A DNA stretch of 64,000 nt from Patescibacteria group bacterium. Its GTDB lineage: Bacteria; Patescibacteriota; Patescibacteriia; Magasanikbacterales; GWA2-37-8. Where the stretch lies: positions 78,670-142,669 of the forward strand of contig JBAZUP010000002.1 in the NCBI GenBank assembly GCA_041661385.1, read 5' to 3'. The notes under the pieces are model-generated. The model had not been told where the DNA came from. It ran no database searches and saw only the letters and a list, made by a program, of their open reading frames with translations. Position 1 is the stretch's first letter, and every line of letters starts with the position of its first letter. Shown one piece after another: positions 32,788-41,245 of the stretch. The position numbers were made by a program, and so were the translations under genes.

Positions 32788-33519
32788 ATGTTTAGACTTT
32801 CCAAGCGTTATCATATTAATCCATTATTACTAGCGATATTTTTTATCTGTCTATTATTTTTTGCTTCGGTTGTTTTTGGATATTTGGTTGAGAAGGTAAA
32901 ATTATTTGAATACTTTGATCGAAGTATTTATGAATTTTTTCAGTTCACTTGGCATCCGGCTTGGGTTAGTTCGATTATTGTTCCTTTTAATTTTAATTTT
33001 ATTCCAATCGGCGGAGCGCAGTTTTTAAGTTTTTTGGTGGTAATAATTATTATCTCGCTTGGGTATATTGCCTATTTTAGGCGAAAGGATTTTTCATGGG
33101 CCGTTTTCGCTTGCGCCTTGGCAGGTCTTTTTGATGCGCTTCTCGTTTTAACGATTCCATTTGTAATTTTTAGACAGCGTCCATTTTTATCTTTGCCAAA
33201 TTCAGTTAGTCAGGTTGCTTCAAGTATTTGGCAGGTCTTTCCTTCATATCCTTCTGGGCACACTCGTGACACCGCGCTTTTTTTAACGGTCTTAGCGGCT
33301 TTTTTGCCAAAAAAAATACGGGTGCCGTTCATTATATTTGTATTTTTTATCGCCTTTAGCCGGGTGTTTGTTGGCGCGCATTATCCAACCGATGTCATTG
33401 CGGCAATTTTTATCGGGTTTTTAATGGGGGAGATAGTGTTAAGTATCGTTGAAGAAGTAAAATTGATAATTGAAAATAAAAGAAAACTACGATCGAAAAC
33501 GCCGAGTTCGTCATCTTAA
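32788..33519 (+). CDS. PAP2-family membrane phosphatase (paralog of 31028..31780)
   Basis: RQRPF, YPSGH, SRVFVGAHYPTDV; shares PFNFNFIP with the first copy. Confidence 0.9.
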   Translation: MFRLSKRYHINPLLLAIFFICLLFFASVVFGYLVEKVKLFEYFDRSIYEFFQFTWHPAWVSSIIVPFNFNFIPIGGAQFLSFLVVIIIISLGYIAYFRRKDFSWAVFACALAGLFDALLVLTIPFVIFRQRPFLSLPNSVSQVASSIWQVFPSYPSGHTRDTALFLTVLAAFLPKKIRVPFIIFVFFIAFSRVFVGAHYPTDVIAAIFIGFLMGEIVLSIVEEVKLIIENKRKLRSKTPSSSS

Positions 33520-33544
33520 ATTTGGAAGTAAACTTTTTTAAAAT

Positions 33545-34549
33545 ATGGCAAAAATAAAATTAATATACAATCCGCATGCCGGATCAAAAAAACATATTTT
33601 TGCCAGAACAAATTTTCTGTTGCTGCAGGATATTTATGCTTTGTTGTACAAATATGAAATAGATTTTGATACTTCGCCGATTTTAAAAGAGGGAGATGCT
33701 AGGCGACTTGCAAGAGAAGCGGCGAGTGATGGTTATGAATATGTAATAGTCGCGGGCGGTGATGGAACAGTGGGTGAGGCGGCGACTGGCCTCGTTGGGA
33801 GTAATACCGCGCTTGCCATTCTTCCGCTTGGAACATATATGAATGTTGCAAAGATGTTGTCCATTCCTTTAAATTTGGAAAGTGCAGTAATGGTTATAAA
33901 AATGGGAAATATCCGATCGATTGATGTGGGGGAGGTAATATCGTTAAAAGAAGAGCAGGTTGACGGTAAAGCGGCACGTGAGGCCAATTATTTTTTGGAA
34001 AGTGTCGGCATCGGAATTGAAGCCGATTTTCAAAATTTTTTATTAACTTATAAAAAAAATCGGTGGCATTCAATTGTCGAATTGGTCAAAGGCATGAAAT
34101 CGTTTTATAACGCTCCGCTCAGTATTGAATTAGATAACGATCGAATTATTGAATCAAAAGCTCAGTTGATTATGATATCAAACGGACCTTTTATGGGGGC
34201 GAATCTTTCGGTTGCGCCAACTTCAAAATTAAATGATCACGTATTGAAGGTGACAATATACAAAATGACAAATAAAAAATTACTTTGGCATATTTTTAAA
34301 CTTAAAATGACTAAACAGGGTTCGTATTTACGCTCTCATAACTTAAACCCAGCCATTCAAACTTATACATCAACTTTTGTAAATATTAAGTCTAAAAAAA
34401 CAAGACCAGTTGACGCGGATGCGAGGATTTATGGCGAAACTCCGATTTCGGTAAAGGTAAGACCGGGCGCGCTGAAAGTAATTGTTGGTTTCGCGGGTTC
34501 AAAAAAAGATTCAGCTCTTCTTGAAAAGAATGTCTATATAAAAGCCTGA
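33545..34549 (+). CDS. Soluble diacylglycerol/lipid kinase family protein (DgkB/YegS-like)
   Basis: IYNPHAG, AGGDGTV, LPLGT.MN, IDVG. Confidence 0.9.
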   Translation: MAKIKLIYNPHAGSKKHIFARTNFLLLQDIYALLYKYEIDFDTSPILKEGDARRLAREAASDGYEYVIVAGGDGTVGEAATGLVGSNTALAILPLGTYMNVAKMLSIPLNLESAVMVIKMGNIRSIDVGEVISLKEEQVDGKAAREANYFLESVGIGIEADFQNFLLTYKKNRWHSIVELVKGMKSFYNAPLSIELDNDRIIESKAQLIMISNGPFMGANLSVAPTSKLNDHVLKVTIYKMTNKKLLWHIFKLKMTKQGSYLRSHNLNPAIQTYTSTFVNIKSKKTRPVDADARIYGETPISVKVRPGALKVIVGFAGSKKDSALLEKNVYIKA

Positions 34550-34597
34550 TAGTTGCATCAGGCTTTTTGGAAGAAATCTAAATTTATAAACAAATTT

Positions 34598-35287
34598 TTA
34601 TTCTTCGACGATGGTAACGCTTTTAACTTGAGTCGGAGTAACGGGTGAAGACATTTCACCGGAGGGGCTGGGTTTTACCGGGCTGTTTGCGATTGTGTCG
34701 ACTATATCCATTCCTTTGGTCACGTGGCCGAAAATTGTATAGTTTTTTGGTAATGGCACGTCGGCGTGCATAATAAAGAATTGGCTGCCGTTGGTGTTTG
34801 GTCCGGCGTTTGCCATGGCAACTGTGCCGCGATCATATTCACCGGTAAACGGCTCGTCATTAAATTTATAACCCGGACCGCCGGTGCCGTTACCTTTCGG
34901 ATCACCGCCTTGAATCATAAAATCTTTTATTATCCGGTGGAAGATGGTGTTGTCGTAAAAGTTTTTACGTGACAAGTCAACAAAATTTTTGACCGTGTTT
35001 GGCGTTTGTCCAAAATTCAAAGCGATTTCAATATCGCCGGCTGAGGTATGTAAGGTGGCGCGATAATGTTTGGTGGAGTTAAATTCCATAGGTTTATTAG
35101 AGGTTGGATTAGAAAGTTTATTAGAGGTAGTTTGAAAGGAAACAGTGTTATTTTTTGGAGCTGGTGTCTGCGCTTGCGTGGTAATTTCGTTTGCTTCTCT
35201 AGCGACTGGCGGCGAGTAACCACAACCAGAGGCAAAAATTAGCACAGAGAGCAAAGCAAGATTTAAATATTTGTTTTTGTTAATCAT
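34598..35287 (-). CDS. Cyclophilin-type peptidyl-prolyl isomerase, lipoprotein
   Basis: [29 protein letters not shown]; ASGC lipobox. Confidence 0.95.
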   Translation of the reverse strand: MINKNKYLNLALLSVLIFASGCGYSPPVAREANEITTQAQTPAPKNNTVSFQTTSNKLSNPTSNKPMEFNSTKHYRATLHTSAGDIEIALNFGQTPNTVKNFVDLSRKNFYDNTIFHRIIKDFMIQGGDPKGNGTGGPGYKFNDEPFTGEYDRGTVAMANAGPNTNGSQFFIMHADVPLPKNYTIFGHVTKGMDIVDTIANSPVKPSPSGEMSSPVTPTQVKSVTIVEE

Positions 35288-35365
35288 ATTTTTTTATAAA
35301 CTTAGTTTGTTAAGTTTAGCATAGTTAATAACTTCGTAAAACCCCCTGAGCAGTTAAAATGGCTA

Positions 35366-36250
35366 TTATTTTTCCGGTGTAAAAATTTCTCCGGGGAATT
35401 TGGAAGATATTTCTACCGAATAGTCTGCAAACATTATTAGGTATTCAAATTCGTAGTCGGATTTAAATTTGCTGCTAGGAAGAAAAAATAAACAAGTGGC
35501 AAGCGCGTCGGCAATGGCCGTGTCTTTGGCTACTACCCAGATTGCCAAAATATCTTGCGGTGAAGTTAGCTTTCGCGGATCAATAATGTGGTTGAAATTT
35601 GCCCAAGCGCGACGATTACCCGCAGAACCACAAATACTATTATTCAACAATTCGGCAACGCCGATAACCTGACCTGAATTTTGCGGGTGTTCTAGCCCGA
35701 CGCGAAGTTTTTTTCCTTGATTATTTTTATAAAAAATATCTCCGCCGGCGTTAATACAAAAAGATTCAAAACCATGCTTTTCAAAAATTTTGGAAATTAT
35801 AGTTACCAAGTAGCCCTTGCCGGCGGCGCCAAAATCTAACAGGGCCGGTTTTTTTATTATTATTGTCGGCAACGTGAGTTCTATTACTTCATCCCAGCTC
35901 GGAGGGGTGGAAAGCTTTTGGGTTGTAAATGAGTAGGCCGCATCATAACCGGCATCAGCCAGCACTTGGCCGATGAGCGGTGTAAAAGCGCCTTGGGTAA
36001 GAATATAAAGGTGGTGATAAAGATTTAAGAGCGGGCCGGCGTCTTCGGGCAAGGTGTATGTGCCGGCTTTTTTAGACATCTCTGTCACTAGGGATTCGGA
36101 ACGAAAGCGTGAATAATTATTTTCAAATTTTTCAATTCGTTCACGAATTTCAATAAGCAAATCCGCCTCATTTAAAAGAGGCGGATTGTGTTCAATATCA
36201 ATTTGCCAGTGCGTTCCAATCGCTTCAAATTTTAAAGTCGCATTTGGCAT
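35366..36250 (-). CDS. apbE: FAD:protein FMN transferase (ApbE)
   Basis: AIGT, YSRFR..S, LDFGAAGKGY, NAGGDI, HIIDPR, ADALAT. Confidence 0.92.
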   Translation of the reverse strand: MPNATLKFEAIGTHWQIDIEHNPPLLNEADLLIEIRERIEKFENNYSRFRSESLVTEMSKKAGTYTLPEDAGPLLNLYHHLYILTQGAFTPLIGQVLADAGYDAAYSFTTQKLSTPPSWDEVIELTLPTIIIKKPALLDFGAAGKGYLVTIISKIFEKHGFESFCINAGGDIFYKNNQGKKLRVGLEHPQNSGQVIGVAELLNNSICGSAGNRRAWANFNHIIDPRKLTSPQDILAIWVVAKDTAIADALATCLFFLPSSKFKSDYEFEYLIMFADYSVEISSKFPGEIFTPEK

Positions 36251-36281
36251 ATCGTAATCTTTTGAGAGTCTTGGCCGATAT

Positions 36282-36752
36282 TTATTTAGCTTGCAATTTT
36301 ATTTTTGCAATCGCATCATTAAAGGCATTTGTGGTTAAAGAAGATCCGGAAATTACCGAAAGATTAAGGTTGTTAATATTTTGTCCGATTACCTGTGTTT
36401 TGTAATTGGAGGCAAACATATTTTGCCAGACCTGTGAAACTTTATTTGTGGCTTTGGGTTGAATAGAAGTATCGGTGATGATGTTATTTTTTAACGTAAC
36501 ACTCACGCCAACGTCTTCTGTAAGGGCCTTCTCATCAGGTATATTGTAAGTCGTTGTTATATTATAGGTGCCGTCTTTATAAGTTCCTGGTGAATTGACC
36601 TCGCTCAATTGGGTATTAGTTTGAGTAGGGGTGGTGTTTGCGCCGATGTCAGTGGTGGTTGAATTACAACCTGCGCCAGTTACAACTAGTGCCATTGCAA
36701 CTATTGTAAAAAGGACCGCTAAATTAGGTAAGTTATGATTTTGTTTTCTCAT
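36282..36752 (-). CDS. FMN-binding-domain lipoprotein, probable ApbE substrate
   Basis: GAGC lipobox; YKDGTY; VSVTLKNNII; ISGSSLTT variant of the flavinylation motif. Confidence 0.8.
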   Translation of the reverse strand: MRKQNHNLPNLAVLFTIVAMALVVTGAGCNSTTTDIGANTTPTQTNTQLSEVNSPGTYKDGTYNITTTYNIPDEKALTEDVGVSVTLKNNIITDTSIQPKATNKVSQVWQNMFASNYKTQVIGQNINNLNLSVISGSSLTTNAFNDAIAKIKLQAK

Positions 36753-36945
36753 ATGAATGAATAAATATTAGATAATTTAGTTATTTTTATAATAATACTG
36801 TTAAAAAGTATTAGTAAATTATTATAGCAAAAATTATTATCGCTGTCATTTTCGCTGATATCCTTACTATACGTATTTGGCACCCAAAAGGTTTCAAGGC
36901 AAAAAAGCCGTTATTCCTGTTTGAGCTATTCACAATCAATTTACC

Positions 36946-36974
36946 TTGACAACCCTAAGGATTGTGGATATAAT
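36946..36974 (+). promoter_or_regulatory. Consensus sigma70 promoter for the leader peptide/tRNA-Asn unit
   Basis: TTGACA (36946-51), 17 nt, TATAAT (36969-74); ATG 7 nt downstream. Confidence 0.88.
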
Positions 36975-36981
36975 TAGGCAC

Positions 36982-37032
36982 ATGAAATTGAACTGCGCAA
37001 ACAATTTGAATAATAACAATAATAATACCTAG
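36982..37032 (+). CDS. Asn-rich leader peptide MKLNCANNLNNNNNNT (putative attenuator peptide)
   Basis: 9 of 16 codons Asn, 6 consecutive; probably leaderless; followed by alternative hairpins and tRNA-Asn. Confidence 0.8.
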   Translation: MKLNCANNLNNNNNNT

Positions 37033-37081
37033 CGCAGGTATAGTTTTTCATGAAGCTATACCCGCTACTAAGCGGGTTTTT
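37025..37081 (+). promoter_or_regulatory. Transcription attenuator (antiterminator overlapping an intrinsic terminator)
   Basis: GGTATAG(37037-43)/CTATACC(37056-62) plus AGCG/CGCT competes with ACCCGCT-acta-AGCGGGT-TTTT (37060-81). Confidence 0.8.
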
Positions 37082-37117
37082 AAATAGCACAAGACTTATA
37101 GTTGGTAAGCAGTATAT

Positions 37118-37192
37118 TCCGGGATAGTTGAGTGGTACAACGCCACGCTGTTAACGTGGATATCCTAGGTTCGAATCCTAGTCCCGGAGCCA
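37118..37192 (+). tRNA. tRNA-Asn(GTT)
   Basis: tccggga/tcccgga acceptor; ccacg-ctGTTaa-cgtgg; GGTTCGAATCC; ends G-CCA. Confidence 0.96.
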
Positions 37193-38626
37193 AGTAGGAT
37201 AAAGGGTTTTTTCGGCGAAAATACGCCAGCCCCTTTTGGCCAAGAATTCAAATTTTTTGCCTTTCACCGTAAAGTTCGAGCCGACATTTTTTAGAAAGGT
37301 ACGAATTTCATTGAGATCGCCTGCACGGGCGATTTTTTTGGCTTCACAACTGGATAAAATAAATTCCCTCATCGGTTCGAGCCAATTAGCGCCCTTGTTA
37401 TTAATTTCTTTCAATTTGCCTTCAGCTACCATTTTTTGATTCAGCAGTTTTTCTTTCTTTGTCAAATAATCGGCTTTATCTATTGTGCTGTCAAGATGCG
37501 AATCGAGCAATTTATCCATTTTTCCCTTTATTGCCGTTATTTGGCCTTCTAAGGCAACTACAAGGGCGCTGGATGCTTGTTTATTTGATTCCGCATCATT
37601 ATCTAGTTTAGCAAGCATCTGCTCGCCCAGGTCATCAGGTAAAGAAACTTTTTGCAAAACCTCTTTCAGCTGTTCGGCCAGCGCTTCTTCACGAATATAT
37701 TTTTCCTCGCATGTTCCTATTTTCTTGGTACAGCGATAGTACACATGACCCTTTTGTCTTTCAGCCGTTATATAGCAACCACACGAACCACATTTCATCA
37801 AACTGCAAAAAATATATTCGTGTTTCTTAATTTTGTGGGGCCGACCACGGTTTTGCATTATTGTTTGCACTTCGTCAAAAAGTTTCTTGGTAATCATTGG
37901 CTCGTGTTTTCCCTCGTGCAATTCGCCGTTGTATTTAAACACGCCAGAGTAAAAAGGATTTTTGAGAATTGATTGAAGTACGCTTACTGATAGTTTACTA
38001 TTGCTTTGGGTGCGTAGTCCTAAATCATTAAATTTTTCCGCAAGGACTTTTAAAGGATATTCACCAGTCGCGTACAATTCAAAAATCCTTTTTACAAGTT
38101 TATGCTTTGTCTTATCAATAAACATGGTGTGGTTTTTGAGATCATTCAAATACCCAAACGGCGCGCGGCCAGGGCATTCACCTCGGCGCAATTTTTGGCG
38201 CAAACCCCGTTTTACATTCTCGGAAAGATTATCAATGAAATATTTACTCTGGCCGAAAGCAATATTAAGCATAAACTTGCCTTGGGGCGTGTTTTCGAAC
38301 CAAAAAGTCGGAAATTTGAGGGAATTTATTTTTCCGGTGTCCACCAGGTAAATTATTTGTCCGCCGTCGATTGGATTACGAGCCAAACGATCAGGATGCC
38401 AAGCCAAAATGCCGTCGGCCTTTCCGCTATTGATAATTCGTAACATTTCACCGAACACAGTTCGGCCAGGCTGTTTGGCAGTTTTTGCCTCGCAAAGCGA
38501 GGTGACGATTTCAAGTTTTTCCTTTACGGCAAATTCTTTTAACTCGGCCAGTTGTGCGTCAATCGATAATACTTGTCGCTCTTCCTCGTCGGTCGATTTA
38601 CGAGCGTACAAAATGTATTTGGCCAT
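37178..38626 (-). CDS. Large serine recombinase (resolvase + recombinase + Zn-ribbon + coiled coil)
   Basis: YARKS catalytic motif, HPDRLARN, ENVKRG, APFGY, CGSCG..YYRC; stop codon lies inside tRNA-Asn. Confidence 0.95.
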   Translation of the reverse strand: MAKYILYARKSTDEEERQVLSIDAQLAELKEFAVKEKLEIVTSLCEAKTAKQPGRTVFGEMLRIINSGKADGILAWHPDRLARNPIDGGQIIYLVDTGKINSLKFPTFWFENTPQGKFMLNIAFGQSKYFIDNLSENVKRGLRQKLRRGECPGRAPFGYLNDLKNHTMFIDKTKHKLVKRIFELYATGEYPLKVLAEKFNDLGLRTQSNSKLSVSVLQSILKNPFYSGVFKYNGELHEGKHEPMITKKLFDEVQTIMQNRGRPHKIKKHEYIFCSLMKCGSCGCYITAERQKGHVYYRCTKKIGTCEEKYIREEALAEQLKEVLQKVSLPDDLGEQMLAKLDNDAESNKQASSALVVALEGQITAIKGKMDKLLDSHLDSTIDKADYLTKKEKLLNQKMVAEGKLKEINNKGANWLEPMREFILSSCEAKKIARAGDLNEIRTFLKNVGSNFTVKGKKFEFLAKRGWRIFAEKTLYPTWLRD

Positions 38627-38680
38627 ACGATTATCAATTATATTTAGAAAAGTTTGTTTTTGGCGTCGTGCGACCACGAC

Positions 38681-38853
38681 AAGGCAAAAAATTTGAATTC
38701 TTGGCCAAAAGGGGCTGGCGTATTTTCGCCGAAAAAACCCTTTATCCTACTTGGCTCGGAATGTACGAAAGAATACGAACGGAATTTACGGAATAGGGCG
38801 AGCGGAAGGAGGGGTTTGGGGAGGAATTCCGCCCGCCCACTGGCGCGCTTTTT
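38681..38853 (+). repeat. Inverted composite copy of the element ends (attP-like junction)
   Basis: 38681-38757 = exact reverse complement of 37187-37263 (77 bp); 38754-38853 = reverse complement of 44089-44188 (100 bp, 1 mismatch). Confidence 0.92.
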
Positions 38854-38992
38854 AAAAACTGCCAAACAGCCTGAAAAAATGTCGGCTCAAACTTTACGGT
38901 GGCCAAAAGCAAACTTTTCTTTTCTCTGCGCTTGCCCCACCCGCCCGTTGCGCGCGCAGCGGGGTAGGAACTCCCTTTATAAATACTGAATA

Positions 38993-41242
38993 CTACACGT
39001 CAAATATAATATTCTCCTGCGCTTTGGCGTAAATATCAAGTCTATTTTTTAAATCGATTCTATTGACCAACCAACCCTGTAATTCGCACTGGTGGATAAA
39101 ATCATTAATTCTATTAATACCATATATTTCTTTTAGGGTTACCACGAGGCCAAACTTAATACCATCTCCATCTCTCGTGCCAAGTCTTTCTTTTGTTTTA
39201 ACACTTATCCCCCACATGCTATTATCATATGCTTTCCTAGGTAATAATTTTTCGCCAAATGTTTCCTGTATGTGTTTAGTATTGTCCCACTTGCGAAAAA
39301 ATTTTCTTGCGTCACCCTCATACATATAATGTGACTCGCCGTCGTCAACGCTTTGAGTGTTTCTGTTTATTGTCTTAATACCTTTTGTGTGAACCCTTCC
39401 AAGATACACATCCAGTTCGGTATTGGTATAATCTACTCCTTGGTTTATCGAACATTTGGGAAAATAACAGAGTGTAGCTTTTGCTACAAAGGGATATTTT
39501 TTATCATCAATAGGAACAGGAAGTTTGTAGTTGTATGTGTCATACATCTCTGAAACACCATTGATAATAAACCTTATCTCGTCATCGGGTGATTTAATTA
39601 TATCTTCTATGCGTTTCGGTACTATTCCATGGCCAATTAGTGCTGCAAGTCTTTGGTCGCACGCTTTATTACTCCATCCGGAAGCAGAATCCACAATTAA
39701 GGCTTTGGCTGTCTCTCTACTAAGACCCAAGACCTCGATTAGATATGCAACTTTTCTAGTTATCCAAGGTGCCGCAAAAGAAGTTCCCGTGCGAAGACCT
39801 TCACCGTTTGGTTCGCAAACTCGAATAAAATCTTCAGTAATCATATCACCCCCATAGCTACAGACATCTGGCTTGTTAAAAAATGACAAAACCAGCCCTT
39901 TTCTAGAATAAGAGGCGGGTGTATTTGTGCTGTTTACAGAATTGACCACTATCGAGTTTATGGAATCTGCTGGAGCGCCTATTCTTCTTTCGGTCTTAGG
40001 GTCTCTATTGTTGGTTCCCGCGATAATAAAAATTATATCTTTTTCGTATTGAATTTTGTCGAGTATGGCAGCTTCTGGCGATATTGAATTCAGGTTAATT
40101 TCGTTATCTGATCCCAAAGACAAGTTCCACACTTTAATGTCAGGGTTTGCTTCAACAATTTCTTCTATTAATTTCATAATTGTGAAGGCGCTGTACTGAC
40201 CCTTGGCTGCAACGCCAAAGTGCCGTACCTTAAACCTACCACAACCATCGTCGAGATCGGGGTTAATAACCGGTCCGTCCACAATAATAGAACTTATTGC
40301 CGTTCCGTGTTCATAGTCCTTTTGATCAAGTGGAATTTCATCATCGATCATTTTTTTGAATTTAACCCACTCAGAAAAATAAACCCTCGTATCAAACATG
40401 GTATCAATAACACCTATAGTTGGTTCATTATTTGGAGAATCAATAATATGACTATTTTTCTGGACCGTCTCGCTCAAAACATCATCATAACTTAATTTGG
40501 ATATATCCTCCGTTGCCATCGCTATAAGGTAAGGGGCTTTTTCCGTTAGGATTGTGATTTGAGGTGGCCTTAAGAGCATGGTGGTGTCACTGATCACTCT
40601 TTCTTCGGGGACATCAATGCCAATTTTTTGTAAAATTGTAATTGCATCAGCACTAGTTTTATAAATAGTTATAATTGATTGATTCTTTGTATTGATTCTG
40701 TTATCTGGAATTCCGAACCCTTCTACATAGTGCGAATCCGCAATAATATTGCAAAACGTTGATCGAGTAAGTCCATACTTATTAAATTCTATACCAAAAC
40801 TTCCAAGCTTTTCGAGCCCGTCAGCATCAATACTTCCTTTGAACTCGATGTTAAGTAATATGATACTTTTACTTAATTTTTCGATTGTATCATCAATTAT
40901 ATCGCCATGAACAAAATGAGTAATGATGTGTTTTTTTTCTCGGTCGCTGTCTGAGAATCTTGCGCCAACAACTGTGCTATTTGCGTGCATTTGACCTTTA
41001 GAAAAAAAGCCACTGATTCTATTACTTTTCGCCACAACGGTCGTGTACCTAACATCAATAAGGGCCCCACCAAGAACCTTCTCTTTTTTCCAATATTCTC
41101 CAAGTTGTTCCAGCCCCACTGACAGCGTCGTCAAATATTTAGATGTTACAGGAGGTGCGTTTTTTGGAATATTGCGAAATCCCGGCCTGTTTTTACTTGG
41201 CCGCTGCTGAAAGGAACCTTTTAACTGAAGTAGGTCATTCAT
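38993..41242 (-). CDS. S8 subtilisin-like serine protease (IetS-like)
   Basis: GVIDT, HGT, NLSLG, AGTN, PADS, KPDV, GTSFAAP, GHG; no signal peptide. Confidence 0.9.
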   Translation of the reverse strand: MNDLLQLKGSFQQRPSKNRPGFRNIPKNAPPVTSKYLTTLSVGLEQLGEYWKKEKVLGGALIDVRYTTVVAKSNRISGFFSKGQMHANSTVVGARFSDSDREKKHIITHFVHGDIIDDTIEKLSKSIILLNIEFKGSIDADGLEKLGSFGIEFNKYGLTRSTFCNIIADSHYVEGFGIPDNRINTKNQSIITIYKTSADAITILQKIGIDVPEERVISDTTMLLRPPQITILTEKAPYLIAMATEDISKLSYDDVLSETVQKNSHIIDSPNNEPTIGVIDTMFDTRVYFSEWVKFKKMIDDEIPLDQKDYEHGTAISSIIVDGPVINPDLDDGCGRFKVRHFGVAAKGQYSAFTIMKLIEEIVEANPDIKVWNLSLGSDNEINLNSISPEAAILDKIQYEKDIIFIIAGTNNRDPKTERRIGAPADSINSIVVNSVNSTNTPASYSRKGLVLSFFNKPDVCSYGGDMITEDFIRVCEPNGEGLRTGTSFAAPWITRKVAYLIEVLGLSRETAKALIVDSASGWSNKACDQRLAALIGHGIVPKRIEDIIKSPDDEIRFIINGVSEMYDTYNYKLPVPIDDKKYPFVAKATLCYFPKCSINQGVDYTNTELDVYLGRVHTKGIKTINRNTQSVDDGESHYMYEGDARKFFRKWDNTKHIQETFGEKLLPRKAYDNSMWGISVKTKERLGTRDGDGIKFGLVVTLKEIYGINRINDFIHQCELQGWLVNRIDLKNRLDIYAKAQENIIFDV

Positions 41243-41245
41243 AAA

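Noticed and set aside
37000-37026. AAT/AAC run as a simple microsatellite
   Set aside because: It mixes synonymous AAT and AAC in one frame from an ATG at the predicted start site, next to attenuator stems and tRNA-Asn, which fits coding selection better.
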